From an uncultured bacterium (lineage in GTDB: Bacteria > Eisenbacteria > RBG-16-71-46 > CAIMUX01 > WJJG01), in the NCBI GenBank assembly GCA_964612295.1, contig CAZTDY010000006.1, positions 35,546 through 99,545 on the forward strand: a stretch of DNA of 64,000 nt, in the 5' to 3' direction. Under the pieces are notes generated by a model. That model was given only the letters and a program-made list of their open reading frames with translations. It made no database searches and was not told the origin of the DNA. The position numbers were made by a program, and so were the translations under genes. Below are positions 19,855-29,914 of this stretch, piece by piece. Position 1 is the stretch's first letter. Each line of letters begins with the position of its first letter.

Positions 19855-20835
19855 TCAAATCAGTCCCTGTTTCTGGTACCAGGCCGCGGTCCGGGAGATC
19901 CCCTCGCGGAGATTGACCTTTGGATCGTAGCCCAGCACGCGTTTCGCCTTGTCGATCTTGAATGCACGATTCAGTTTGAAGAACTCGACCCGCCGGGGAT
20001 AGAGCGGGGGGGAGACCTTCACCGCCCGGCAGAACTTTTCACACAGCACCGAGGCCACGTGAACGGGGCCATAGGGGATTCGGAGCCTCGGCGGTTTGGC
20101 GCCCAACACATCGGCGATGGTCTCGACCAGCTCCTGCAGCGTCACGTGCCGAGCGCCCGCGATCACAAAGACCTCTCCCAGAGCTTCCGGTTTCTCGTCG
20201 CACAGGAGAAAACCGTCGATGAGATCGTCGATGTAGGTCATATGATAGAAGACCTGTCCTGATCCGATCATGACGAAGCGGCCCTTGGCGATCGGGCGAA
20301 AGAGTTTGAGGAAGCGGGTATCGCCCGGGCCGTAAATGGCACCCGGCCTGACGACCGCGCCGGGCAGGCCGGCTTCGAAGGCCTTTCTGGCCAGCAGTTC
20401 GCCTTCGAGTTTCGATTCCTGATAGTGGTCACCCGGCGCGAAGCGATAGGTCTCATCGACCGGCGGGTCCTGAATGCCCCCATGCACCCCCACGGTCGAG
20501 CAGTGCACGAACCGGTTCACCTGCGCGCTCATGGACACCTCGAGAAGATGGCGGGTGGCGTCGACATTGACGCGCGTAAACTCCTCCAGATCTGAGTGTT
20601 CTGTACGGTAGGCGGCGGCGATGTGAAAGACACGGTCGATGTCGTCGAACGAATCGCGAACCTGTGCCCGGCTGCGGATGTCGAGAACGCGGCACTCGAC
20701 GCCCAGCTCCCGAAGGGGAGCCACGCGGGGACTCTCTCGGACGAAGGCGACGACGCGGTGTCCCTCCCCGATGAGTCGCCTGCAGAGATTCGAACCGGTG
20801 AACCCCGTGGCACCGGTGACCAGGGTTGCGCTCAA
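19855..20835 (-). CDS. NAD-dependent epimerase/dehydratase (SDR family)
   Basis: MSATLVTGATGFTGSNLCRRL (TGxxGxxG Rossmann). 326 aa. Stop overlaps the downstream gene start. Confidence 0.75.
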   Translation of the reverse strand: MSATLVTGATGFTGSNLCRRLIGEGHRVVAFVRESPRVAPLRELGVECRVLDIRSRAQVRDSFDDIDRVFHIAAAYRTEHSDLEEFTRVNVDATRHLLEVSMSAQVNRFVHCSTVGVHGGIQDPPVDETYRFAPGDHYQESKLEGELLARKAFEAGLPGAVVRPGAIYGPGDTRFLKLFRPIAKGRFVMIGSGQVFYHMTYIDDLIDGFLLCDEKPEALGEVFVIAGARHVTLQELVETIADVLGAKPPRLRIPYGPVHVASVLCEKFCRAVKVSPPLYPRRVEFFKLNRAFKIDKAKRVLGYDPKVNLREGISRTAAWYQKQGLI

Positions 20836-21008
20836 GAATCAACTCCGTGGCGGTGAAAACCAACGGGCCGGCCAAGGGTCTCAAGAATTGTTCCCGAGCC
20901 ACCTTATGGGGATTCCCAGACCCGTTCAATCACTCATGAGAATCTTCGACCGGCGAGGCGTCCATCTTGCCGTGAAACCACGGGTGGAGCCGGCGCAGAC
21001 CAGCGATT

Positions 21009-21836
21009 ATGGTAGGCGACGTGCAAATCAACGGACATCAGCCTGAAAGCGGGCAGGGTCGGGGAAATGATCGCCACCCGGCGGGCCGGTCGGATGGTCG
21101 AGAGACGCCCGACGTCGAATCGTCATCCCCTCAATATGCGGAACGGTTCGCCGGTGAGATCGGTCGCTACTTCCTTGAAACGCAGACGCGGATCTTCCTG
21201 AAGCTGCTCGAGCCGTTGCCGGGAAGATGTGTGCTGGATGTCGGGGGCGGACATGCCCAACTGGCCGGGCCACTGGTCGATCGCGGGTATCAGTACACCG
21301 CGCTCGGATCTCCGGGGGCGTCTCGCGAGCGGTTGGATCGGGTGCTCGGCCCCCAGCGCTACGAATACGTATCCGGAAGCCTGCTCGATCTTCCCTTTCC
21401 GGACGAGAGCTTCGATCATGTCCTGGCCTTTCGTATGCTTCCTCATCTGCGCGCCTGGCCCAGACTCATTCAGGAGATGTGCCGCGTGGCTCGCTGCGGC
21501 GTACTCCTGGACTATCCCGATCGCCGCAGCCTGAACGCTCTGACGGGCGCGCTCTTCTGGGCGAAGAAGGCCGCGGAGCAAACGACGCGATCCTATCGGC
21601 TGTTCAAGCGGTCCGACCTCAAGGGGGCGTTTCGCGATCAGGGCTTCGGCAAGACGCGATTCACACCTCAGTTCTTCCTGCCGATGGTGGTGTATCGGAT
21701 GCTGGGTTCAGCGAAGCTCGCGCGCGGGGCCGAGGCGCCCTGCCGATGGATCGCTCTGACGAAGAACTACGGCTCACCCGTCATCGTGCGGGCCACACGC
21801 TTGGAGAGGCGAGCGCAGGGAGACGGGCCTTCATGA
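21009..21836 (+). CDS. class I SAM-dependent methyltransferase
   Basis: Motif I VLDVGGGHAQ, motif post-I DESFDHVLAF. Stop overlaps the GT4 start (ATGA). Confidence 0.65.
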   Translation: MVGDVQINGHQPESGQGRGNDRHPAGRSDGRETPDVESSSPQYAERFAGEIGRYFLETQTRIFLKLLEPLPGRCVLDVGGGHAQLAGPLVDRGYQYTALGSPGASRERLDRVLGPQRYEYVSGSLLDLPFPDESFDHVLAFRMLPHLRAWPRLIQEMCRVARCGVLLDYPDRRSLNALTGALFWAKKAAEQTTRSYRLFKRSDLKGAFRDQGFGKTRFTPQFFLPMVVYRMLGSAKLARGAEAPCRWIALTKNYGSPVIVRATRLERRAQGDGPS

Positions 21837-22990
21837 GAATCCTCCTGCTTGCGCCCCAGCCGTTCTATCAGGTGAGAGGGACCCCGATCGCGGTCCGGCT
21901 TCTCGCCGAGACCCTCGCCGGCCACGGTCACCAACTTGTGCTCCTGACCTTCCCCGAGGGTGAGGACATCTCGATCGAGGGCTGTCGGCTGGTTCGGCTG
22001 TCACCCTGGCCGGGCCTGGCGAATGTGAAACCAGGCTTTTCCTGGAAGAAGGTTCTCTACGACCTCCAGATGTTCTGGCGCACCTGGGCGATCGTCAGGC
22101 GAGAGAAGATCGATCTCATCCACGCGGTCGAGGAGTCGGCTTTCATCGCTTGGATGATGAAGAAGCTGCGAGGGATTCCCTACGTCTACGATATGGACTC
22201 ATCGCTCGCCCAGCAGCTTGTCGAAAAGCACCCCTTTCTGCGAGTTCTTGGGGGGCTCTTCGACCGGGCCGAGGGGAGGGCGATCCGCGGGAGCAGCGGG
22301 GTCATCGTCGTCTGTCAGGCCTTGGCCGACGTTGCGTCTCGTCACGCTCCCGGGGTTCCTCTCCAGCGTCTCGAAGACATCAGCCTGTTTCCCCCCGGTG
22401 AGGTCGATGCCCCTGTAGCGGAACAACACAGGATTGCGGCCGGCGGCCCGGTTGTCATGTACGTGGGGAATCTCGAATCGTACCAGGGCGTGGATCTGCT
22501 GATCACAGCATTCCGCGCCGTCCATGAGCAGGCCCCCGACGCCCACCTGGTCATTGTCGGCGGCGCCGAGAAGGACCTGCAAACCTACGGGGACCGGGTG
22601 AGCGCGATCGGGTTGACCGAGCGCATCCAGCTGATCGGTCCCCGGCCACTCGAAGATCTTCCCGTCTATCTGAGCCAGGCCGACATCCTCGTATCGCCGC
22701 GCACGAAGGGCAACAACACGCCCATGAAGATCTACTCCTACCTGGCTTCGGGCAAACCACTCGTGGCCACCCGCGCCTACACGCACACGCAGGTGTTGGA
22801 TGACGAGGTGGCTCTGCTCGTTGATCCGACGGCCGCTGATATGGCCGACGGGCTCCTGAGGTTACTGGCGGATGAGGCCCTGCGGACCCGCCTCGGCGAG
22901 GCGGCTCGTCGGCGGGCGGAAGCGGAACATTCGCGGCCGGCTTTCGAACGAAAACTGATTGGATTCTACGACCGGCTGCTCAAGTCTTAA
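21833..22990 (+). CDS. GT4 family (GT-B) glycosyltransferase
   Basis: MRILLLAPQPFYQVRGTPIAV N-terminus. C-terminal E-x7-E like region (VSPRTKGNNTPMKIYSYLASGKPLVAT). Internal start of the six-frame ORF chosen at ATG 21833. Confidence 0.75.
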   Translation: MRILLLAPQPFYQVRGTPIAVRLLAETLAGHGHQLVLLTFPEGEDISIEGCRLVRLSPWPGLANVKPGFSWKKVLYDLQMFWRTWAIVRREKIDLIHAVEESAFIAWMMKKLRGIPYVYDMDSSLAQQLVEKHPFLRVLGGLFDRAEGRAIRGSSGVIVVCQALADVASRHAPGVPLQRLEDISLFPPGEVDAPVAEQHRIAAGGPVVMYVGNLESYQGVDLLITAFRAVHEQAPDAHLVIVGGAEKDLQTYGDRVSAIGLTERIQLIGPRPLEDLPVYLSQADILVSPRTKGNNTPMKIYSYLASGKPLVATRAYTHTQVLDDEVALLVDPTAADMADGLLRLLADEALRTRLGEAARRRAEAEHSRPAFERKLIGFYDRLLKS

Positions 22991-24711
22991 ACGGCCCGCT
23001 GGTGAACCAGGAACGGCCCGATCGCCAGGGCATCGAGATTCCCGCGCGCGAAACTCCTGATCGCATCACCGGGCGTGTGAACGATCGGCTCCTCGTGCAT
23101 GTTGAAGCTCGTGTTGATCACGCAGGGAATGCCGGTGATCTTCTTGTATTCCTCGACGATTCGGTAGTAGCCCTCGTTGTCCTCGGCCCGGATGAGCTGG
23201 GGCCGTGCGGTCTTGTCCACGTGGGAGACCGCAGGACAGGTTTCGTCGAGATACTTCGTACAATCGAAGGTGATTGTCATGAAACGCGCGGTCTCCTCGG
23301 CGCCCTCCATGTTCAGGTAGCAGCGGTCGCGGTCCTCCCAGAGCGTCACGGGAGCGAACGGCATGAACTCGGTCCTGCTCAGGCGTTTGTTGAGCCAGTC
23401 GTTCACCGATGGATCAGTGGGTTGGTAGAGGATGGACCGGTTGCCCAGCGCGCGCGGTCCGTACTCCATGCGCCCGTCGAATCGCGCGACCACCTTCCCT
23501 TCGGACAGCAGTTTCGCCACCGCCGGGGCGAGGTCCGCCCCTAGCCGCTGCGGTTCGTAGGCCGTCTCCTGCAGAGCGCTTGCCATTTCGTCTTCGGTGA
23601 ACTCCGCGCCCAGGTAGACATCCTGAATGACCGGTTGGGGGCGATACCCGGCGAGCCGGTTTTCCTCATGGAGAGCGGCTCCGACCGCCAGCCCGTCGTC
23701 CCCCATTCCCGGGTGGACAAACACCTCGCGGGTCGAAGGAAGCTCGTGGATGCGCTGGTTGAGCTTCACGTTGGCGAACACGCCCCCCGCCAGGGCCAGG
23801 TTCGCGATGCCCGACTTTCCAATCCAGTAGTCGCAGAACTGCGAGGTGGTCTCCTCGAGCAGCGATTGCGCGGACGCGCTGAGATCCGCGTAGGAGAATC
23901 CGGTGGGCAGGGCCTTCAGCAGCTTCTTGATCGCGGTTTGATCGAAGCACTTGCCCGCGTTTTGGATGATCCCGTCTTCGTAGGTCAGAAACTCTCGCAG
24001 GGTCTCTAAGTGAATCGGTTTCCCATGAGCGGCGAGGCCGGTGATCTTGCCCTCGTGGTTGTGGGCCTTGAAGCCGCAGATGTGCGTGACGTAGGCGTAA
24101 TAGTTGCCGAGCGAGTGATAGCTGTCGGTGACGTGGAGTTTCTCGAACTCCCCGCTCTTGACGCGATAGACGGCGCTGCACTTGCCGTCGCCCGCGCCAT
24201 CGTGGGTGATCACCGTGGCATCCTGGCGTCCGCAGGTGAAGTAGGCGGAGGCCGCGTGGCAGAGATGATGGTCGATGAAGACCACCGGCTTGTCGATTCC
24301 GAAGTCTTCCCGCAGGGCCTTCTTCATCTTGTCCTGGCGGGGAGAGGTGAGGACCTTCTTCACGTTGTGGTAGGTCTGCCGGGCGGCGGCCGAGTCGCCT
24401 ACCAGCGTCGAGAAGGTGGCTCCCAATGACAAGAGCAGGTCACGGGTTCCGCCCTTCGATTCCCGGAAGTAGTCGGAATAGGGAACGGCCTCCGAACGCC
24501 AGAAGAGGTTCTCCGTGGCGACGGCCACCGCGTCCACTTGATCCGGCCCGAAATTCGAGAGGCGGAGCACCTCGCGGATGCTCAAACGCGGGAACCCCAT
24601 ACTCAGCTTGTGTCTGTTCAGGCGTTCTTCATTGACGGCCGCGGCGATCTTTCCATCGATAACGACCGCTGCGCCGCTATTGAAGCTATCCGTAATGCCC
24701 AGAACGATCAT
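22987..24711 (-). CDS. carbamoyltransferase (NodU/CmcH family)
   Basis: MIVLGITDSFNSGAAVVIDGKIAAAVNEERLNRHK N-terminus typical of NodU/CmcH O-carbamoyltransferases. 574 aa. Confidence 0.8.
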   Translation of the reverse strand: MIVLGITDSFNSGAAVVIDGKIAAAVNEERLNRHKLSMGFPRLSIREVLRLSNFGPDQVDAVAVATENLFWRSEAVPYSDYFRESKGGTRDLLLSLGATFSTLVGDSAAARQTYHNVKKVLTSPRQDKMKKALREDFGIDKPVVFIDHHLCHAASAYFTCGRQDATVITHDGAGDGKCSAVYRVKSGEFEKLHVTDSYHSLGNYYAYVTHICGFKAHNHEGKITGLAAHGKPIHLETLREFLTYEDGIIQNAGKCFDQTAIKKLLKALPTGFSYADLSASAQSLLEETTSQFCDYWIGKSGIANLALAGGVFANVKLNQRIHELPSTREVFVHPGMGDDGLAVGAALHEENRLAGYRPQPVIQDVYLGAEFTEDEMASALQETAYEPQRLGADLAPAVAKLLSEGKVVARFDGRMEYGPRALGNRSILYQPTDPSVNDWLNKRLSRTEFMPFAPVTLWEDRDRCYLNMEGAEETARFMTITFDCTKYLDETCPAVSHVDKTARPQLIRAEDNEGYYRIVEEYKKITGIPCVINTSFNMHEEPIVHTPGDAIRSFARGNLDALAIGPFLVHQRAV

Positions 24712-24809
24712 GCGACCTCATCTGCTCATCGCGATTTCGAAAACGTCTGCTCCATCATCAAAAAACGGCCGGAATCGTCAGATCCTTATCGCCAAGATGG
24801 TGGCTCGCG

Positions 24810-25619
24810 TCAACGTCTGAGCCGCAGGCGGGCTTGGTTCCTGAGGAAGCGGCCCAGCGATTCCCGCCGGCCGAAGGGTGTGATTTGGCCCCCCGGCTCC
24901 AGCAGCAGCCGTTTCAGGCCGGCAGCTGGGCGGTGACCATCCAGCTGTCCCTCGAGCGAGAAGCCCTGGGCCCCGACTCCTCGTTCCTCCTTTTCGAGGG
25001 GGAGGGGATCGCTTCCCGGAAGCACGGCGATGCCTTGCGCGGCGGCCAGACCGAACTCCTTGGGCGTGGGGAAGAGGCCGGGACGCCCTGCGTTGTCTCC
25101 GAGGAAGACGCGAGGTGGTCCCGGCTGGGACAGAAACTCCCGCAGACAGGCGCCCCGCTTCCCGGCCCATTTGCCGAAGCCCCACGGGATCACGGCCACC
25201 CCGCCGGTCTTGTTGACCTGCGCGACCAAGTTGCGGAGTCCGATCCCGTCCGCGAACGGCTCCCTCGTGCCCAGGGCGAGGAGTTCGAGTCTCTCGGCCG
25301 TCACGATCTGGCGTCCTGCGATGAGGATGAGCTGCTCTTCCCCCGGACCAAGGGCGATGAGCGATTCGTCTTCCTCCGTCTTGTGAAACGACCAGGTTCC
25401 GTCGCTCACCACCGGGGCGGACGTGACTGCTTCCGCCTGCCGGTGAGCGGCGGCGAACCAGTCGACCCCCTGCTGCTCAGCGAGTGCGAGGACGAGGACC
25501 GGCTGCTCGTCCGGCGCGAACTCCAGGGCGGCAACCCCCAGATTTCGGTGGGCGGCTGAGAGCAGTCGCGGTACCTGAAATCGGGCATGGAGGTGGACAT
25601 GTGCGTCGACCAGAATCAT
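24810..25619 (-). CDS. hypothetical protein (possible metal-dependent hydrolase, N-terminal VDAHVHLH motif)
   Basis: Intact 269-aa ORF. Only the N-terminal D-x-H-x-H motif hints at a TatD/amidohydrolase-like fold. Confidence 0.3.
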   Translation of the reverse strand: MILVDAHVHLHARFQVPRLLSAAHRNLGVAALEFAPDEQPVLVLALAEQQGVDWFAAAHRQAEAVTSAPVVSDGTWSFHKTEEDESLIALGPGEEQLILIAGRQIVTAERLELLALGTREPFADGIGLRNLVAQVNKTGGVAVIPWGFGKWAGKRGACLREFLSQPGPPRVFLGDNAGRPGLFPTPKEFGLAAAQGIAVLPGSDPLPLEKEERGVGAQGFSLEGQLDGHRPAAGLKRLLLEPGGQITPFGRRESLGRFLRNQARLRLRR

Positions 25620-26008
25620 GGGTCGGATCTTACCCCACCCTGAGATCGGAGTCTTCGCGGACGCTCGTTGGCGGCCTCCGCAGCGGGCAGCGGGGCGTTC
25701 TCTCCGCTGAATCGGGGGCAGTTTCCAAGGGACGCCGGCTTGACGTGCACCTTATTTGCAACTGCGGTCGTGGGTTGGCTTTGCCCGGAAAACGAGGGCC
25801 GGTCGTTTCCTTTTCGCCTAGATTTGTACCGGCTGTGTTACAGTTAACCAGAATCTCATCACGGTCTCGCAGGATGGGTTGTGCCACGTGCAATCCAGGC
25901 GACACCCTCGGGAGGGTGACAGAGGTTCGATCGATGCGTTTTGAGGGCCAAGCGCACCGTTGGCGTGTGTTTGGGCGGGGAAGAGTACTTATCAATTAGG
26001 AGGCAGAC

Positions 26009-28021
26009 ATGCGGCAATGGAGGCGTCTTTGTCGCGCGGCGATGCTAGTTCTGGCAGCTGCCGCGATTCTGACGGGATTGGCGGCAGCGTCAGTTCCGCG
26101 GGCCGTGCTGGCCGAGTTGTTCACGGCGGACTGGTGACCGTACTGTCCTGACGCCGAGTGCGGACTCGTGGCGATGCTCGTGGAGTTTCCACAGCAGTTA
26201 GTACCCTGCGCACATCACACGTCCGGAGCCTATGGCTATGGTTGGAGCGGAACCCGGGCGAATCTCTACGGAGTGGGCGGCATTCCGCACGTCCAGTTTG
26301 ATGGGATTACATCGTCGGTCGGGGCAAGCAGTTGTGCCCAGACGACCAGTACCTACCGCGGCATCATCAATGGTCGCTTGGGCTCCTCCCCTGAGAGCCC
26401 TGTGTCGATCGAGGGTGTCCACAGCATTGACGGCAATACGGTCACCGTGGACGTGACCTTCACGTTGGTGGACCCCGTGACCCTGGTCAACCCCGCTTGT
26501 CATGTCGTCGTGCAAGAGAGCAACCTCGGCGGCGAGTATCATTGGGTGACCCGAGACTACCATACGGTCAACGGTGGATTGGTGAACCAGGGCGATGAGG
26601 TCACGATCAGCCAGTCGTTCACCGGCTCCTGGAATATGGAAGAGATCACCATCGCGGCCTTCTGTCAGAAGATGACGCACCCCGAAGAGGTGTATAACGC
26701 CTTTAGGGTTCCGATGGTGCAGGACTTCCAGATCGCCTACCTGCCGCCGGTGCAATCGGTTCCGGGCGGCAACGGTACGGCTGAATTCACCGGTACCCTG
26801 ACGAATGTCGGTACCGATGCGGATGTCTTCACGGTTGATCTCAACGACGGGTTCGGCTGGCCGAGCGAGTTCATGCTCGAGGGCGAGGGTGGCTTCCACA
26901 CCACGCAGTCGGTCGTTTCGCTGGGCGTCGGCGAGTCCATCGGGGTCTACCTGAATGTCACGACTGACAGCGACGTGCGTATCGGCGTCGGTGGTCTGCA
27001 GTGCCATTCGGCGAATACGGACCACACCGGCGACGTGAATGCCCGGGTCTTCAACGGCAGCCCGGCCATCATGTTCGTCGATGACGACCGCAACCGCGCG
27101 GACGAGGTCGAGCTTGAGACGGCTCTCAACAGCAGCGGTCTGCTCTATGACAGCTGGGACGTGTTCTTCGAGCACGCTGAACACAATCCCGCCTTGGTAG
27201 ACCTGGACGGCTTCGATGTCGTTCTCTGGCACCAGGGTTGGAACTGGGGTCCGCGTTTCGATGAAGACGCGATGAACACCATCGCTGCGTACATGGATGC
27301 TGGCGGCGGCTTCATCATGTCCGCGCAGCAGTTCCTGACCTACGTGACGGCGCCGAACGACTTCGTGACCGACTACCTGGGCATCTCGTCCTGGATCGAC
27401 AACGTGGGCGCCGAGTGGGCCTACGGCCAGGCAGGCGATCCGATCTCGGACGGTCTCGACTTCGAACTCGGGTACCCGTCCGGCAGTCTGAACAAGGCCG
27501 ACCATCTCGAACCCACGGCGACCGCATCGGTGGTCTTCGAGAGCGAGAATGGGGACAATGTCGGGATCCGCAACGAGACGCGCGGCATGCGCAGCGTGAC
27601 CTTCGCCTTCGGCACCAACGCCATCGTCGGTGGTGGTTCTCCCGAAGGTTTGGCCACGACGCTCTCGAACGCCGTTGGCTGGCTCGCCCAGACGAGCCAG
27701 GATGTTGACGACGTGGTTCCGGTGAACGGCCTCTCGGCCATCACCGGCATCGAGCCGAACCCGTTCAGCCTGGGCGCGGCCACGACCATCCGCCTGAACT
27801 TGTCGGAGACGGCTGCCAACGGACAGCCCACCCTGCAGCTGATGGATGTGACCGGTCGTCTGGTGCGCGATATGTCGAACCAGAACTTCCAGGTTGGCCT
27901 GCAGACGGTCACTTGGGACGGACTGGATTCGCAGGGTCGTCCGGTTGAGGCTGGGGTCTACTACCTCAACTTCAGCACGGCCGACAATTCCGGCAATGCG
28001 CGCGTGGTCGTGATCCGGTAA
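26009..28021 (+). CDS. secreted thioredoxin-fold protein, candidate selenoprotein (in-frame TGA 26135-26137 at first Cys of W-C-P-Y-C motif), with T9SS-type C-terminal sorting domain
   Basis: AGGAGG RBS 6 nt upstream of ATG 26009. Signal peptide MRQWRRLCRAAMLVLAAAAILTGLAAA. ...VLAELFTADW-TGA-PYCPDAE... in frame with the 617-aa ORF 26168-28021. Downstream cis-Pro loop GVGGIPHVQFDG. C-terminus matches T9SS CTD (VYYLNF...ARVVVIR). Confidence 0.55.
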
Positions 28022-28047
28022 CGGAGAGCGATACGCTGAGTCATAGA

Positions 28048-28080
28048 GATGGGCAGGCCGGTTGGCCTGCCCATCTTTTT
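28048..28080 (+). terminator. rho-independent terminator
   Basis: Perfect 12-bp stem GATGGGCAGGCC/GGCCTGCCCATC with GGTT loop followed by TTTTT. Confidence 0.6.
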
Positions 28081-28110
28081 CGTGGTGCGCCCTCGCAGCC
28101 CGGCGCGAAC

Positions 28111-28806
28111 ATGATTGAAGGCTGTTCTCCCGGTTTCGGGCGGGTGATAATCACGTCCATGGCACCGCTTCCCTCCCCAGACACCGGCAGGCTACGTCTG
28201 ATCGGCATCGCCGATCCATCCGCCGCCGGCTGGGAGCAACTCGAACCCGCCGCCGCCCAAGCCCTCCAGGCCGGTCTCCCGGCCCTGATGCTGCGGGACC
28301 GCGGGTTGCCGGATACAGCGTTTGAGCCGATCGCGACCCGGATGCGGGCGGCGACTCGTGCGCACGGTGCTCTTCTGCTTCTCAATCGCCGTTTTGACAT
28401 CGCCCGCCGGGTCGACGCTGATGGAATCCACGTGGGGAGCGGCGGCCCGCCGATTGCCAGCCTGCGCCGTGAATGCCGTCCGGACGTCCTGATCGGCTAT
28501 TCGGCCCACGCCGGCTCGGAGGCCAGGCAGGCGTTCGAGAACGGTGCGGACTACGTCTTCTTCAGCCCGATCTTCGAAACGCCCAGCAAGCAGGGCATAC
28601 TCGAGCCGGTGGGGCTGGAGGTTCTTGGAGTGGTCGCGGAGGAGACGCCCGGGCCGGTGATTGCCCTGGGGGGGATCGATGCCGGCAATGTCGGCGCGGT
28701 GATGTCATCGGGCGCTTCGGGGGTGGCAATGATCCGGGGGATCTTCTCGCCCGAACGGGACGCCGCGCAACAGACCCGCAAGATCCTCGCCCTCGTCAGG
28801 GAATGA
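28111..28806 (+). CDS. thiE: thiamine-phosphate synthase
   Basis: LLLNRRFDIARRVDADGIHVG and FSPIFETPSK...ALGGI motifs of ThiE. Alternative start ATG 28159. Confidence 0.8.
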   Translation: MIEGCSPGFGRVIITSMAPLPSPDTGRLRLIGIADPSAAGWEQLEPAAAQALQAGLPALMLRDRGLPDTAFEPIATRMRAATRAHGALLLLNRRFDIARRVDADGIHVGSGGPPIASLRRECRPDVLIGYSAHAGSEARQAFENGADYVFFSPIFETPSKQGILEPVGLEVLGVVAEETPGPVIALGGIDAGNVGAVMSSGASGVAMIRGIFSPERDAAQQTRKILALVRE

Positions 28807-29914
28807 AGCTGCGGTCGAAGTCCTTCCAGACGGCCTCGTATCCCTTCTCGGCAATGACGCGTGCAATGATTGCCGGAGGACGCTGATCGCCGATGTCGAA
28901 CTGCTCGCCCTCGTGCCACTCAGGAAGGCCGTAGCCTCCCGGGTTCGTGCGGCTCCCCGCGCTCATGCGCGTCACCCCCAGACCGATCAGGTTGTCGCGA
29001 AGGCTTGCGGGTTCGCGGGTCGAGACCACCAGCTCGGCGTCGGGGAGAAGCAGACGCATCGCGCACAGCATCTGAACGAACTCGGGGTCAGTGACCTGCG
29101 CCTCGGGCTGGAAATCCTCGTGGGCGCATCCCTGCAATCTCGGGAAGCTGACGCTGATGCGGCTCTGCCAGAATCGCTGGGTCAAATACCGGCCGTGAAG
29201 GGCGACCAGGTAGGCTTCCAATCTCCAATCCGAGAGACCCAGCAGAGAGCCGATCCCCAGGCTGCGAAAACCCGCCTCGCCGCCCGCCTCGATGGCATCG
29301 AGGCGGCTCCCGTAGCGTCTCTTGGGACCCGCCAGGTGATAACGCGCATACCCGGCCGGTTCGTAGACCTCTTGATAGAGCGCCAGGCCGTCGACCCCGC
29401 ACTCGGCGAGTCGGCGATAGTCCGCGACCTTGAGCGGCTGGATCTCGATGGCGATCGAGGCGAACTTCGCGCGCAAGCCGGCCACCACCTCCAGAAGATA
29501 GGGCATCGTGACCGCCCGCGGGTCCTCGCCGCTGACCAGCAGAATGTGCCGGAAACCCTCCTCGTGAAGCAGGTCGGCCTCCCGCAGCACGTCCTCGGGG
29601 GTGAGCGTGACGCGAGGGATGTCGAGATTGGCCGCGAAACCGCAATAGGTGCAGTGATTGACGCACGCGTTGGATAGGTAGAGCGGGGCGTACAGCTGGA
29701 TCACCTTTCCGAAGCGGCGTTCGGTGACGGCCTTGCTCAGCTGGGCGAGTCGCTCGACGTGCGCGGCCGCCGCGGGAGAGAAGAGCGCTGCCAGATCGTC
29801 CTCGGTTGGCCGCCCGGCGGCCAGCGCCCGCAGGACGTCCGCCTCTGAGCTGGATGCGATCCGTTTCCGGATCACCCCCAGATCCAGGGCCGATACTAGG
29901 TCAGCGAATCGCAC
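28796..29914 (-). CDS. thiH: 2-iminoacetate synthase (radical SAM tyrosine lyase)
   Basis: Radical-SAM CVNHCTYC (CxxxCxxC). 372 aa. Located between thiG and thiE. Confidence 0.75.
   Translation of the reverse strand: MRFADLVSALDLGVIRKRIASSSEADVLRALAAGRPTEDDLAALFSPAAAAHVERLAQLSKAVTERRFGKVIQLYAPLYLSNACVNHCTYCGFAANLDIPRVTLTPEDVLREADLLHEEGFRHILLVSGEDPRAVTMPYLLEVVAGLRAKFASIAIEIQPLKVADYRRLAECGVDGLALYQEVYEPAGYARYHLAGPKRRYGSRLDAIEAGGEAGFRSLGIGSLLGLSDWRLEAYLVALHGRYLTQRFWQSRISVSFPRLQGCAHEDFQPEAQVTDPEFVQMLCAMRLLLPDAELVVSTREPASLRDNLIGLGVTRMSAGSRTNPGGYGLPEWHEGEQFDIGDQRPPAIIARVIAEKGYEAVWKDFDRSFIP

Noticed and set aside
25620-26008. 390-bp intergenic region searched for tRNA, small RNA or mobile-element remnants
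   Set aside because: No T-loop/acceptor structure, no inverted repeats of IS type. A TTGACG hexamer is present but with no convincing -10. Left unannotated.
25960-26151. 63-aa ORF overlapping the selenoprotein signal-peptide region
   Set aside because: Different frame and no RBS. The in-frame ATG at 26009 with AGGAGG RBS and a canonical signal peptide is the better call.
26198-27505. 435-aa minus-strand ORF antisense to the Trx-like/T9SS gene (similar long antisense ORFs at 38646-40586, 46532-48133, 6555-8042, 34053-35285, 10781-12409)
   Set aside because: Arg/Pro/Gly-rich low-complexity translations typical of out-of-frame reading in GC-rich DNA. Each fully overlaps a gene with clear domain signatures on the other strand or frame.
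28021-28110. Possible second TPP riboswitch upstream of thiE
   Set aside because: Only a CUGAGU-like fragment and the terminator hairpin of the upstream gene. No THI-box.
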